Shown: positions 47,750-60,534, numbered from the stretch's first letter. The stretch is 64,000 nucleotides of DNA from an uncultured Bifidobacterium sp. (GCA_964449085.1 CAYVAV010000005.1:785-64784), one strand, 5' to 3'. Numbers and translations: made by a program. Notes: generated from the sequence alone by a model not told the origin.

Positions 47750-47757
47750 CAGTGGTG

Positions 47758-49593
47758 TCACCACGTGTCGATCATGGGGCGCTTCTTGCCCGTGCGTGGT
47801 GTGCGTGGTGGCTGTGAGCGTATAACGGCCATGATGTAACGACGAGTGTCTGCGGGATCAATGACGTCGTCAATCTCGACGTGACTTGCCATGTTGATCG
47901 CATTTCCTCGCTCATATGCTTTTGCGATGAGGTGGGCTTCAAGTTCCTCTCGTTTTTTTGGATCAGTTTCGGCTTCGATTTCTTTTCGGTATCCGAGACG
48001 TACAAACCCCTCCAGTCCCATGCCACCAAATTCTCCAGTTGGCCATGCAACCGTCATATCGGGCGCATGGAAACTTCCGCGCGTCATTGCTTGTGCGCCG
48101 AGGCCGTAGCCTTTGCGCAGGACGACGACGATCCATGGAATTGTTGTGCTTGCGCCCGTCACAAACATACGTGAGAAGTGACGAACCTGTGCAGACTTCT
48201 CCGCTTCTGGTCCCACCATGAAACCCGGCGTGTCACACAAACTGATCAGGGGAATGTCGAATGCGTCACACAATTGAATAAAGCGAGCGGCCTTGTCAGC
48301 TGCGTCCGAGTCGATCGCACCGCCGAGATGGGCCGGATTGTTCGCCATGATGCCAAATGGTTGACCCTCAATACGAATGAATGCAGTGAGAATGCCAATT
48401 CCAAATGTTGGGCGTAGTTCGAGCATGGAGTCGTGATCAGCAAGCGTGGTGACAACAGTGCGAGTGTCATAGACCCGAGTGCGTTGTTCCGGTACTAACG
48501 GACGGAGTGCTTCGTCAGGTTCGCGAGTCCAGTTGGATAGCGGACCTTGAAAGTATGACAAGTACTTCTTTGCGGCTGCTACCGCTTCGGCCTCATCGCG
48601 AACACGAATATCGACAACTCCGTTTTCGGTCTGCACATCGATCGGACCAATGGATGTGGGTTCCACTTTGCCGAGACCGCCACCTTCAATCATTGCGGGA
48701 CCAGCCATACCGAGGTTTGTGTTTTCCGTTGCAATGATGACATCGCACATTCCAAGTAGTGCAGCGTTTCCGGCAAAGCAATATCCCGAAACAATGCCAA
48801 CAAGTGGAACAAGACCTGATAATTCAGCGAAGTATCCAAAGGCAAGACAGTCAAGTTGTGCAACACCGGGGGCATCGGTGTCACCGGGGCGTCCGCCGCC
48901 TCCTTCTGCGAATACAACAACTGGCAGTTGTCGATTTTCTGCGATTGTGAACAGTCGGTCTTTCTTTCGATGGTTGAGGAAACCTTGAGTGCCTGCAAGC
49001 ACGGTGTAGTCATACGACATCACTGCACAACGCGCAGATTCAGCACCAAAAAGGTCAGCATTGATGGTGGCAAGACCACCAACTGTTCCATCACCTGGAG
49101 TGCGTGTGATGAGATCTTCCATCGAACGTCGTTGACGTTGTGCGGCAATTGCGAATGTTCCGTATTCAACGAAAGATCCATCATCAACCAGATCAGCGAT
49201 ATTTTCTCTTGCGGTTCTCTGTCCTTTTGCGTGTCGTTTCGCAACAGCTTCGGGTCGCGCTTCATCCGTTGTGAGGTATCGGCGCCGTCTGTATTCCGCC
49301 AAGTCCGCACGTTCACCATCAGGAGATGCCTGGTCAGATATGTGTTGGGTATCCACTTGGACAACACCAGGTGTAATCACAACGAGCGTCTGCCCAGCCG
49401 AAACTGTGTCGTTTGGTGAAACGAGTATTTCGGAAATGGTCCCATCAAAACCCGCTTCAACGGGATGCTCCATTTTCATAGATTCGAGAATGACGACCTC
49501 TGTTGTGGCAGAGACTGTGTCGCCGACGGAGACATTCACTCGAAAAACAGTCCCGAGAATAGGAGATGCCACTGATTTATTGTCCGAACTCAC
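47758..49593 (-). CDS. Fusion of a biotinyl carrier (BCCP) domain and an acyl-CoA carboxyltransferase domain
   Basis: The N-terminal ~75 aa have the biotin attachment motif ESMKME within a lipoyl/biotinyl hybrid-barrel pattern. The remaining ~530 aa look like an acyl-CoA carboxylase beta (CT) domain. Confidence 0.8.
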   Translation of the reverse strand: MSSDNKSVASPILGTVFRVNVSVGDTVSATTEVVILESMKMEHPVEAGFDGTISEILVSPNDTVSAGQTLVVITPGVVQVDTQHISDQASPDGERADLAEYRRRRYLTTDEARPEAVAKRHAKGQRTARENIADLVDDGSFVEYGTFAIAAQRQRRSMEDLITRTPGDGTVGGLATINADLFGAESARCAVMSYDYTVLAGTQGFLNHRKKDRLFTIAENRQLPVVVFAEGGGGRPGDTDAPGVAQLDCLAFGYFAELSGLVPLVGIVSGYCFAGNAALLGMCDVIIATENTNLGMAGPAMIEGGGLGKVEPTSIGPIDVQTENGVVDIRVRDEAEAVAAAKKYLSYFQGPLSNWTREPDEALRPLVPEQRTRVYDTRTVVTTLADHDSMLELRPTFGIGILTAFIRIEGQPFGIMANNPAHLGGAIDSDAADKAARFIQLCDAFDIPLISLCDTPGFMVGPEAEKSAQVRHFSRMFVTGASTTIPWIVVVLRKGYGLGAQAMTRGSFHAPDMTVAWPTGEFGGMGLEGFVRLGYRKEIEAETDPKKREELEAHLIAKAYERGNAINMASHVEIDDVIDPADTRRYIMAVIRSQPPRTPRTGKKRPMIDTW

Positions 49594-49684
49594 AAGTCAA
49601 TGTTTAGTGCATAAAAATTCACGCAATAGCACTGAAAATTGTTCATCGCACTACATTGGAGGGAACGCAAGGGGAGCAGTTTCT

Positions 49685-50326
49685 ATGGCACAACGAATCA
49701 CACCTGTGTATCGCCCGCGACGCAAGCAAGGACGCTCTGCCCCCGTGATGGCGAAAGCGGTTGAAGCTGTTGCCGACCGATTGCTCGCAGAAGACGAGAC
49801 CCTTATTCGGATCCCTGAAATCTGTGAGGCAACGGGGGTCAATTACGGCTCGGTGTACCATCACTTCGGCTCTCGGGAAGGCCTGATCGACGCCGCCTAC
49901 CTGTATCTGTTTGAACAAACGGCACGTGTGGATGTTGACAAATTGGTTGCGACATCAAAGTCCGCAAAGTCAAAAGACGAGTTCTTTCGAGGGATGCGAC
50001 AGGTATTACGAGCAAGCATTGCTGACCCGGGTCGTGAACAACGCCGACAGATGAGAGTTCGCATTCTTGCTGCTGCGCTCACTCGGCCAGAACTGAAAGA
50101 GATGATTGCTGAGATTCAAGACGGTGTCACGAGCGACCTTACAGAGATGGTGACTACTGGCCAAGAAAACAGGTGGTTTCGAGACGATCTCGATGCACGA
50201 GCAATTGCTGTGATGTTTCAAGTTGTTGTTATTGGTCGTGTACTTGATGATGTTTCCGGCACGCCTCTCACAGAAGAACAGTGGGGCCCAGTTGTCGCAC
50301 AGTCACTCAGTGCCTTTGTGAAATAA
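49685..50326 (+). CDS. TetR-family transcriptional regulator
   Basis: HTH segment ICEATGVNYGSVYHHFGSREGL. GGGGAG lies upstream of ATG 49685. Divergent from the BCCP-CT gene. Confidence 0.8.
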   Translation: MAQRITPVYRPRRKQGRSAPVMAKAVEAVADRLLAEDETLIRIPEICEATGVNYGSVYHHFGSREGLIDAAYLYLFEQTARVDVDKLVATSKSAKSKDEFFRGMRQVLRASIADPGREQRRQMRVRILAAALTRPELKEMIAEIQDGVTSDLTEMVTTGQENRWFRDDLDARAIAVMFQVVVIGRVLDDVSGTPLTEEQWGPVVAQSLSAFVK

Positions 50327-50351
50327 CCACAGATCATTATCTGTTCGCCGA

Positions 50352-51587
50352 CTATTTAGTTGTCAGCAGTGCCTCGGCGCAGCGTCGTCCAGAAAAAAGT
50401 GCGCCTTGAATTGAAGCGGTGTCGCGATGATCTCCGCAGACGAACAGCGATTCTGTGAGTTGCACACGTTGCTTGGGGGCAAATGGTGGACTTTGGTCTG
50501 GTTGCCCATGAGGGATGCGATAAGAAGCGAGGTGCTTCCATTCCTCGACTTGAGGACCCCACCACGATCGCAGTTGCTCGCGAACCGTTGATTCCAAATT
50601 GGCATCAAGAGATTGTGGAACCGCCGCGGCAACGAGATGTTGACCCTCGGGGGCGTAATGGCGCGACACATTCGACATGACCGCAACATTTAACGCGGGA
50701 CCACTATGTTCGCCGTTCAAGATGATGTATTTGTGATTGACAGGTGCTTTTGGAGCGGCAAAGTACACACAACTCACGCTGCGCGATTCAACTGTGGGCA
50801 AGCGCAACAAAGTTGATGCCGTTGGCCCGTCAGTGGCAATAACGACCGCTTGCGCCTTGATGTGTGTGCCGTCTCGCAACGTGACTCCGTCAGAATTAAC
50901 GGACAGAACTTCGGTTGACAACGACACCACATCAGAGGGCAATTGGGATCGCAATTGTTCAGAAATTTGGAACATCCCCAGAGCAGGTACACCCGCAGAA
51001 CCAGACCCGAGAGCTTTGAAGACCACATCAAACATGCGACGTGATGCACTCAGTGTGGGATCAAGTTGAATTCCTCCGACAAGCGGTCGGAAAAATCGAT
51101 CAATCATTTTTGGAGAAAAACCGGCTCGTTCCAAAGCCTGAAGCGTGGTGATGTCTTCACCACGTAGCAACTCTGGAGACGTCCGTCGTCGCAGTCGGGT
51201 GCGCAAGAGTGCAATTCGTGCTTTGTCGATAACAGAGCCAATTGGTGCGGTGACAGTGGAGGCAGTGGTGAGTGGTTCACGGAATGGATCGCTCACCACA
51301 TGAGTTTTCCCGTTCAGCCAGACAGCCGCGCCAGGAGAAAAGAGCTGCAAATCAAGGGAAGGGACATCGAGTTGGCTGTGTAGTTCTGGGTATTCAGTCA
51401 GCACAACTTGAAAGCCGCGATCCAGAATGAAACCGTCCACGATGTCAGTGCGTACTCGGCCGCCGACCCCATCGGATGCTTCCACCACATGCACCGATCG
51501 ACCTGCGCGGTGTAGGTGGGCCGCGCAGGACAACCCCGCTAATCCGGCGCCGATTACGACGACATCAATGGAGGCTGGATGGGTCAC
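50352..51587 (-). CDS. FAD-dependent oxidoreductase (amine oxidase/phytoene desaturase-like fold)
   Basis: VVVIGAGLAGLSCA...VVEASDGVGGRV dinucleotide-binding motif, plus a C-terminal GDHRDTASIQGA. Confidence 0.8.
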   Translation of the reverse strand: MTHPASIDVVVIGAGLAGLSCAAHLHRAGRSVHVVEASDGVGGRVRTDIVDGFILDRGFQVVLTEYPELHSQLDVPSLDLQLFSPGAAVWLNGKTHVVSDPFREPLTTASTVTAPIGSVIDKARIALLRTRLRRRTSPELLRGEDITTLQALERAGFSPKMIDRFFRPLVGGIQLDPTLSASRRMFDVVFKALGSGSAGVPALGMFQISEQLRSQLPSDVVSLSTEVLSVNSDGVTLRDGTHIKAQAVVIATDGPTASTLLRLPTVESRSVSCVYFAAPKAPVNHKYIILNGEHSGPALNVAVMSNVSRHYAPEGQHLVAAAVPQSLDANLESTVREQLRSWWGPQVEEWKHLASYRIPHGQPDQSPPFAPKQRVQLTESLFVCGDHRDTASIQGALFSGRRCAEALLTTK

Positions 51588-51731
51588 TGTCGTTTGAAAC
51601 TACTGGCTGAAACTGTGGGAACCCGCCACCGACAAGGGTTCAGCGGGTATTGCACTATCGGGCCTTGTGCATTCGTTACCGTATCTACATGACACGCCGT
51701 ATTAGGCGGTGTGCGAAATGGGGGATCTCTC

Positions 51732-52199
51732 ATGGATATATCAAAGTTCAAACCAGCCACGTGGCTGATGGTTATTGGTGGTCTCGGGATGTTGATCTTC
51801 GGACTGTTTTTCGATTGGGCAAAGCTCGACTTCATGGGCGTCAGTGCAACTGATGGCAATGCGTTCGACTGGGCTCGCGGATGGCTGTCGTGGATTCTCG
51901 TGATTGGAACAGCCGTCATTGCAGTGTTGTCAACCACTGGAAAATTGGCTGCTGTCAAACTGCCGTGGAACATCGTGATGGTGCTTGCATCCGGTCTTGC
52001 AACGCTGCTCATGTTGTTGCTGATGATTACCGGACCTGACAAGAGTGGTGTTGACCTTGGTCGTGCCATCGGCTTGTGGTTGGCATTCATCGCAACAATT
52101 GCGACTTTTGTTGGTTCATTGTTGAACTTCACCGGAGCTGGCGGGGATCTTAAAGATCTCACCGATCTCAAGAAGATCAAGGGCAGTTTCGAACAATAA
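51732..52199 (+). CDS. Small integral membrane protein, hypothetical
   Basis: Four clear hydrophobic helices. GGGGGA Shine-Dalgarno lies 6 nt upstream of ATG 51732. The opposite-strand ORF is low-complexity and looks like a shadow. Confidence 0.55.
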   Translation: MDISKFKPATWLMVIGGLGMLIFGLFFDWAKLDFMGVSATDGNAFDWARGWLSWILVIGTAVIAVLSTTGKLAAVKLPWNIVMVLASGLATLLMLLLMITGPDKSGVDLGRAIGLWLAFIATIATFVGSLLNFTGAGGDLKDLTDLKKIKGSFEQ

Positions 52200-52234
52200 T
52201 TATTTCCCTTACATCTTGGGAAAAGTTTTAGAGA

Positions 52235-52264
52235 CATGGGCGATGACTACGGTCATCGCCCATG
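52235..52264. terminator. Bidirectional intrinsic terminator hairpin
   Basis: Perfect 13-bp stem CATGGGCGATGAC / GTCATCGCCCATG with a 4-nt loop, between convergent genes. A U-rich stretch (GAGUUUUCG) follows and an A-rich stretch precedes. Confidence 0.7.
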
Positions 52265-52280
52265 TTGAGTTTTCGAGTCT

Positions 52281-53294
52281 TTATGCTGCGACAAGTCCCA
52301 TGCTGTCAGCAAGCAACTCAATAGAGCGCAAACGACTTTCCACATTGTGGGTCTGATGTGCAGTCATGAGTTCATCAGCACTTGTGTGCCGCTGAAACTC
52401 TGTTACGTACTCGCATATTTTTGCCGGCGTGCCCTTGGCGACGTAGGTAAATACAGAATCGATGTAGGCGCCGCGGGGCGATGAGAGCACCATGTCAACT
52501 TCCGCATCAGTGAGGCGATGTCCAGGAGATGAGAAAATTGCGCGCGCAAAAGCACGACGTCGCCATTCGAGCTCGCGTATTGCTTGTTGTTCGGTGTCTG
52601 CTGCAATCACATTGACACTTGCGATGACGTGTGGTTTCTCAAGTTCTGCAGAAGGAGTGAACTTCTCGCGATAGATCGCGATTGCTTCGTGCAGCATTTG
52701 CGGAGCAAAGTGGGATGCGAACGCAAAGGGGAGACCAAGCATCGCTGCTAACTGTGCTCCAAACAGTGATGACCCAAGTATGTAGAGCGGCACGCGAGTT
52801 CCTCGACCAGGAGTCGCATTGACGTGAGGGATGATGGTTTCGTCGGCGAAATAGCCACGCAATTCCACCACATCCCGTGGGAAATTCGCAGCCGAATCCT
52901 CGTGACGGCGAAGTGCACGCATTGTGTTCTGATCCGTCCCCGGCGCGCGACCAAGACCAAGGTCAATGCGACCCGGATGCAATGCGGCAAGCGTTCCAAA
53001 TTGTTCAGCAATTACAAGGGGTGAGTGGTTAGGCAGCATCACGCCACCGGCGCCAAGACGAATAGTTGACGTATGCGCTGCGACGTGTGCGATCAAGACC
53101 GCTGGAGAAGATGACGCAATTGACTCAAAATTGTGGTGCTCTGCGTACCACACACGCTTGTATCCGTGATGCTCAGCGTGTTGAGCCAGTTGAACGCAGC
53201 CTTGAAGAGCATCACTTGTGCTCTCGTTCTCACCTATGGTGGCGAGATCAAGGACAGACAACGGGGTGTGAACCACGGGATAACAATAGGTCAT
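52281..53294 (-). CDS. LLM-class flavin-dependent oxidoreductase (luciferase-like, group 1/YhbW-like)
   Basis: LSVLDLA...[11 protein letters not shown]...[15 protein letters not shown]...[12 protein letters not shown] motifs. Start at ATG 53294, with GAGGA 6 nt upstream. Confidence 0.85.
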   Translation of the reverse strand: MTYCYPVVHTPLSVLDLATIGENESTSDALQGCVQLAQHAEHHGYKRVWYAEHHNFESIASSSPAVLIAHVAAHTSTIRLGAGGVMLPNHSPLVIAEQFGTLAALHPGRIDLGLGRAPGTDQNTMRALRRHEDSAANFPRDVVELRGYFADETIIPHVNATPGRGTRVPLYILGSSLFGAQLAAMLGLPFAFASHFAPQMLHEAIAIYREKFTPSAELEKPHVIASVNVIAADTEQQAIRELEWRRRAFARAIFSSPGHRLTDAEVDMVLSSPRGAYIDSVFTYVAKGTPAKICEYVTEFQRHTSADELMTAHQTHNVESRLRSIELLADSMGLVAA

Positions 53295-53347
53295 AGCATG
53301 TCCTCGCGTGAATAAAACTATGCGCAGTGTCCTTGCCAATTAATGCG

Positions 53348-53707
53348 ATGTTGATTAATGCCATCACTCTGACGACAGCTCGCATGGGCGAGTCAATTCG
53401 TTTCTATGAAGCGCTTGGCTTTTATGTTGCTCATGGTGACAACACGTCAGACTTCGTCACAATGGCGGCCGGGTCCGACCGCCAATGTTTTGTGAACCTC
53501 ATCGCTGTCCCATCTGATGCGGATGTGGCCACCGGATGGGGCCGGGCAATATTTCATGTTGACGACGTTGACGCACTGTATGCGCAGGCTGTCGCTAATG
53601 GTCTTACGCCACGGGCCGAACCCCGAGATGCATCGTGGGGCGAGCGTATGTTTCCGATCTATGACCCGAACGGTCATGATCTCAGTTTTGCAAAGCCCCT
53701 ACGTTAG
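53348..53707 (+). CDS. VOC-family (glyoxalase/bleomycin-resistance fold) protein
   Basis: SIRFYEALGF near the N-terminus and a C-terminal DPNGHDLSF are typical of the VOC fold. GTG 53327 is an alternative start. Confidence 0.7.
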   Translation: MLINAITLTTARMGESIRFYEALGFYVAHGDNTSDFVTMAAGSDRQCFVNLIAVPSDADVATGWGRAIFHVDDVDALYAQAVANGLTPRAEPRDASWGERMFPIYDPNGHDLSFAKPLR

Positions 53708-54514
53708 TTACTGATTCTTCTCGAACGACTGATCAATTCGTGTAAAACGTCGTTGCACGTATTGGCGACTTTCGGCATGTGGCAACACGTATAACTCGTT
53801 TGTCTTCATCGCGTCCACCACCATCTGCGCAACACCTTCAACAGGTATTACCGCACCAGCCTGATCTGGATTGTCCTCGCTTTGGTCTGGGACGCGCGGT
53901 GATGAATCTGGTCCACCTAAGTCGTTGGGTCGATTTCGTTCTGATGAACCAATGTTTGTTGCAACGCGCATTGGGCACAACACCGATACTCCAATGTCAT
54001 GTGCGCGCAGTTCTTTATGCAGAACCTCTGCGAGTGCAACCACGCCGTATTTAGCAACGCAGTACGGGCCAAGTCCGACATTTGGAACGAGGCCAGCAAA
54101 AGATGATGTGAACGCAATGTGTCCACCGCGTCGTTGTTCAATCATGCGGGGAAGGAACACCTCAACTCCGTGAATTGGTCCCCACAGATCCACGTCAATA
54201 ATCCATTTCCAGTCCTCGTGAGTCATCTCCGCGATTGGCCCACCAACTGCCACGCCCGCGTTATTGAACACAATGTCGACATGACCGAGTTCGTCAAACG
54301 CGGAGTCTGCGAGCGATTGCATATCGGAATAACTACTGACATCGGCAACCATTCCAATCGCGCCTAATTCTTCACTGGCTTCAGAGAGGGCTCCTTGTTC
54401 GACATCGGTCAAGAGAAGTCGTACGCCTTCTGCGGCAAGCAGTCGCGCAGTGGCGAGTCCGATTCCTGAAGCACCTCCAGTGATAACGGCGGTTCTGTTC
54501 TGTAGATCAAGCAT
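53708..54514 (-). CDS. Short-chain dehydrogenase/reductase (classical SDR)
   Basis: VITGGASGIGLATA, NNAG and YCVAKYG (YxxxK) motifs. Confidence 0.9.
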   Translation of the reverse strand: MLDLQNRTAVITGGASGIGLATARLLAAEGVRLLLTDVEQGALSEASEELGAIGMVADVSSYSDMQSLADSAFDELGHVDIVFNNAGVAVGGPIAEMTHEDWKWIIDVDLWGPIHGVEVFLPRMIEQRRGGHIAFTSSFAGLVPNVGLGPYCVAKYGVVALAEVLHKELRAHDIGVSVLCPMRVATNIGSSERNRPNDLGGPDSSPRVPDQSEDNPDQAGAVIPVEGVAQMVVDAMKTNELYVLPHAESRQYVQRRFTRIDQSFEKNQ

Positions 54515-54599
54515 GAATTGACACTAACTGTAAGAAAAAGGCTGTGATTCATTAACGTGGTTGCGTGTATGCAACATGCTGCACTTGGGGGATAAAGCA

Positions 54600-55886
54600 A
54601 TGGCATGGGATTTTGAAACTGATCCTGAATTTCAAAAAGAACTTGACTGGGTCGATCAATTCATCGCAGAAAAAGTTGAGCCACTTGATTTCATTGTCGC
54701 GAATCCATTCGATCGAAAGGATCCGATACGCGAGCGAGTGATTCCGCCACTGCAGCAAGAAGTGCGTGCGCGAAAACTGTGGGCGTGTCATTTGGGTCCT
54801 GAACTTGGTGGGCCTGGCTACGGGCAAGTGCAACTGGCGCTGTTGAACGAAATCATCGGACGTGCAAAGTGTGGTCCAGTGGTATTTGGTTGCCAGGCGC
54901 CAGATTCGGGGAACAGTGAAATTCTCGCGCATTACGGCACGCCGGAACAGAAGCAGAAGTTTTTACAGCCCTTGCTCGATGGCGAAATGTATTCGTGTTT
55001 CTCCATGACCGAACCACAAGGTGGAGCAGATCCAAAGGTGTTTACTACCACTGCTGTTCGTGATGGTGACGAGTGGGTCATTAGTGGAGAGAAGTGGTTC
55101 TCATCGCATGCCCGATACGCATCTTTTTTCATTGTGATGGCAGTTACAGATAGTGATGCGCCGGAGTATCAACAACAGTCGATGTTTCTCGTACCAGCCG
55201 ATACACCAGGTATTGAAATCATTCGCAACGTCGGCATTGGTGGGCAAGACCCAGATGAGGGCACACACGCATACTTGCGATACAACGATGTGCGTGTTCC
55301 CGCCGATTACATGTTGGGTGATCGCGGACAAGCTTTTGTTGTTGCACAGACTCGTCTTGGTGGTGGTCGCATTCATCACTCAATGCGGGCTATTGCGCAC
55401 ATGAAGCGTGCACTGGAGATGATGGTGGAACGCGCCGTGTCTCGAGAGACCCAAGGTGAAGTCCTTGGATCAAAACAGTTGGTGCAGGCGATGATTGCCG
55501 ATTCGTGGATGGAGTTGGAAGCATTTCGATTACTGGTACTGCGTACCGCGTGGCGGATTGATAAGTACCAGGATTACAAGCGAGTACGAGCCGACATTTC
55601 CGCAGTGAAGGCGATGATGCCAAAGGTTTTTCACGACATCGCGGCACGAGCGTTGCAAATTCATGGTTCACTCGGTCTGTCGAATGAGATGCCATTTATG
55701 TGGATGATCGCAGAGTCCTTCCACATGGGACTTGCGGACGGGCCCACCGAGGTGCATAAAACAGTTGTTGCACGCCAGTTGATGAAAGGCGCAAAGTCCA
55801 GTCCAGACGTCTTCCCGTCGGGGCATCTCCCTCGTCGTAGCGCTGCCGCTCATCACCAATATTCGCTTGCAGTGGAACCGCGTTAA
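54600..55886 (+). CDS. Acyl-CoA dehydrogenase family protein
   Basis: MTEPQGGADP motif and an ACAD middle/C-terminal pattern. Start at ATG 54600 (MAWDFETDPEF). Confidence 0.9.
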   Translation: MAWDFETDPEFQKELDWVDQFIAEKVEPLDFIVANPFDRKDPIRERVIPPLQQEVRARKLWACHLGPELGGPGYGQVQLALLNEIIGRAKCGPVVFGCQAPDSGNSEILAHYGTPEQKQKFLQPLLDGEMYSCFSMTEPQGGADPKVFTTTAVRDGDEWVISGEKWFSSHARYASFFIVMAVTDSDAPEYQQQSMFLVPADTPGIEIIRNVGIGGQDPDEGTHAYLRYNDVRVPADYMLGDRGQAFVVAQTRLGGGRIHHSMRAIAHMKRALEMMVERAVSRETQGEVLGSKQLVQAMIADSWMELEAFRLLVLRTAWRIDKYQDYKRVRADISAVKAMMPKVFHDIAARALQIHGSLGLSNEMPFMWMIAESFHMGLADGPTEVHKTVVARQLMKGAKSSPDVFPSGHLPRRSAAAHHQYSLAVEPR

Positions 55887-55909
55887 CGCCAGTTGCTAGA
55901 CATAGACGC

Positions 55910-57622
55910 GTGATTCAGCACTATCTCAAGGCCCGTCAAGAACTCATTGCTCCGGGCTCGCCCTATGAAGTAGCCACCGTTGAAGTGCGGGGGCAAACGT
56001 TGAAGACCTATAAGACGGCACCGCCGAATCTTCGCGCTGTGTGGGAAGCGTCTGCTGCCCACGGGGACAAGGACTACATCATCTACGAAGATGAGCGGTA
56101 CACCTACAACGACATACATGCACTTGTTCGTACATTCGCGAAGTATCTCGTTGATCAAGGCGTGAAGCCAGGTGATCGCGTTGCGCTGGCGTTGCGCAAC
56201 TATCCAGAGTGGATCGTTGGTTATTGGGCAACGGTCTCTGTTGGTGCCGCAGTTGTCGGAATGAACGCGTGGTGGACCGCACCCGAGATGGAATATGCGC
56301 TGAACGACAGTGACCCACGCGTCATTGTTGTCGATGATGAACGTCTCGAGCGCTTATCGCAGTTGTCAGAGCGTCCAAAGATGCATGTCGTCTCTGTCCG
56401 CACAGACCGTGCACTTCCCAAAAATGGTGCGCGGTGGACTGATGTAATCGCGGCAGGAGATCCGGGCTCATTACCAACCGTTTCGATTGATCCAGACGAT
56501 GACGCCACCATCTTCTACACATCGGGTACAACAGGGTTTCCTAAAGGCGCACAGTTGACACATCGTGGTTCTGTGAACAACATCTTGAATCTCATCGTTA
56601 TGAGCGCAACTAGTTCACTTGCGGAACAAAAAGCAATTGAGGCCGGCGACATTCCAGCGCCCGAAAGCATTCCTGAAGCGTTACCACCTTCATATCTTGC
56701 ACCAACTCCTTTATTCCACGTCACCGCTTGTAACTGCATGTTGCATCCAGTGACAGCCGTTGGCGCAAAAATCACATTCATGTACAAATGGGATCCGGGT
56801 CGCGCACTCGAATTGATCGAGCGCGAAAAAGTCACCACATTCTCGGGTGTTCCCACGATGAGTCGTGAACTGCTTATGCACCCTGATTGGTCAAAGCGCG
56901 ACACAACATCGTTGCGCGGGCTTGGTGGCGGAGGAGCGGCATTGCAGCCCGACCTCGTACACAAGATTGCAGGTGCATTGAAGCACGGCGCACCATCCAC
57001 CGGTTATGGAATGACCGAAACTCACGGCATCATCACTGCCAACTCGGCACGGTGGTTCGTGAACAAACCAGCATCGTGCGGTCCTCACGTTCCGACTCTT
57101 GATGTGAAGTTGGTTGATGAAGACGGAAACGATTTGCCGCCAGGACCCGACACCGTTGGCGTTTTGTGTGTGCGTGGTTCGATTGTGATTAAGGGCTACA
57201 TCAATCGGGAAGAAGCAACCGCAGAATCTATTCGCGATGGCTGGTTGAACACCGGTGACGTTGCTCGTATCGATGAAGACGGATTTATCTACATCGTTGA
57301 CCGTGCAAAAGACATGGTGATTCGCGGTGGCGAGAATGTGTATTGCAGTGAGGTTGAAACTGCTATCTATCACCATGATGCTGTGGCCGAAGTAGCAGTG
57401 TTTGGGATTCCCGATGAACGCCTCGGCGAGGAAGTTGCAGCTGTCCTTGTTCTTCGTCCAGGCGCATCACTATCGGAAGATGACTTACGTAGTTTCTTGT
57501 CAACAAGCCTCGCTAAGCACAAGATTCCGGCAAAGGTGTGGTTTCGTGATGAAGCCATTCCGCGCAACGCAAGTGGCAAGTTCTTGAAGCGGGAACTGCG
57601 CAAAGAATTGATTGGAGAATAG
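55910..57622 (+). CDS. AMP-dependent acyl-CoA synthetase/ligase (class I adenylate-forming)
   Basis: IFYTSGTTGFPKGA (A3), TGYGMTET (A5) and GWLNTGD...RAKDMVIRGGENV (A7/A8) motifs. Confidence 0.9.
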   Translation: MIQHYLKARQELIAPGSPYEVATVEVRGQTLKTYKTAPPNLRAVWEASAAHGDKDYIIYEDERYTYNDIHALVRTFAKYLVDQGVKPGDRVALALRNYPEWIVGYWATVSVGAAVVGMNAWWTAPEMEYALNDSDPRVIVVDDERLERLSQLSERPKMHVVSVRTDRALPKNGARWTDVIAAGDPGSLPTVSIDPDDDATIFYTSGTTGFPKGAQLTHRGSVNNILNLIVMSATSSLAEQKAIEAGDIPAPESIPEALPPSYLAPTPLFHVTACNCMLHPVTAVGAKITFMYKWDPGRALELIEREKVTTFSGVPTMSRELLMHPDWSKRDTTSLRGLGGGGAALQPDLVHKIAGALKHGAPSTGYGMTETHGIITANSARWFVNKPASCGPHVPTLDVKLVDEDGNDLPPGPDTVGVLCVRGSIVIKGYINREEATAESIRDGWLNTGDVARIDEDGFIYIVDRAKDMVIRGGENVYCSEVETAIYHHDAVAEVAVFGIPDERLGEEVAAVLVLRPGASLSEDDLRSFLSTSLAKHKIPAKVWFRDEAIPRNASGKFLKRELRKELIGE

Positions 57623-57676
57623 CTCGATAAACGCTCAATTACGAATGACGCGCTGAATGCGCGTTAGAAAATAAAA

Positions 57677-57706
57677 AGCCCCGTGCGGACGAATCCGCAC
57701 GGGGCT
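57677..57706. terminator. Bidirectional intrinsic terminator
   Basis: AGCCCCGTGCGGA-CGAA-TCCGCACGGGGCT is a perfect 13-bp GC-rich stem flanked by AAAAA upstream and TTTT downstream, between the convergent ligase and katG genes. Confidence 0.85.
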
Positions 57707-57722
57707 TTTCAATGAAGTGGTT

Positions 57723-60435
<2,713 letters not shown>

Positions 60436-60444
60436 ACACACAAT

Positions 60445-60458
60445 CTGGACTTAGTCAA
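60445..60458. promoter_or_regulatory. Candidate FurA operator/promoter element
   Basis: On the furA strand the sequence reads TTGACTAAGTCCAG and contains the inverted repeat GACT-N-AGTC. It lies 10 nt upstream of the furA ATG, and CAGATT sits 6 nt from that ATG. Confidence 0.35.
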
Positions 60459-60534
60459 AACTCACACTTTGTCCACAGGGTGATCTAAATCGTGAGGCAG
60501 ATGGGCCTACTGATGCGTAGCCTCAAAAGTCCCT

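Noticed and set aside
50329-50344. The hairpin ACAGAT-CATT-ATCTGT between the TetR gene and the convergent FAD oxidoreductase gene, as a terminator.
   Set aside because: It has only a 6-bp AT-rich stem and no U-tract, which is too weak to call.
51584-52237. A 217-aa minus-strand ORF opposite the small membrane protein gene.
   Set aside because: The plus-strand product has four clean TM helices and a Shine-Dalgarno. The minus-strand product is Pro/Ser/Asn-rich low complexity, and its 5' end would lie beyond the terminator hairpin at 52235-52264. The coding strand is still not proven.
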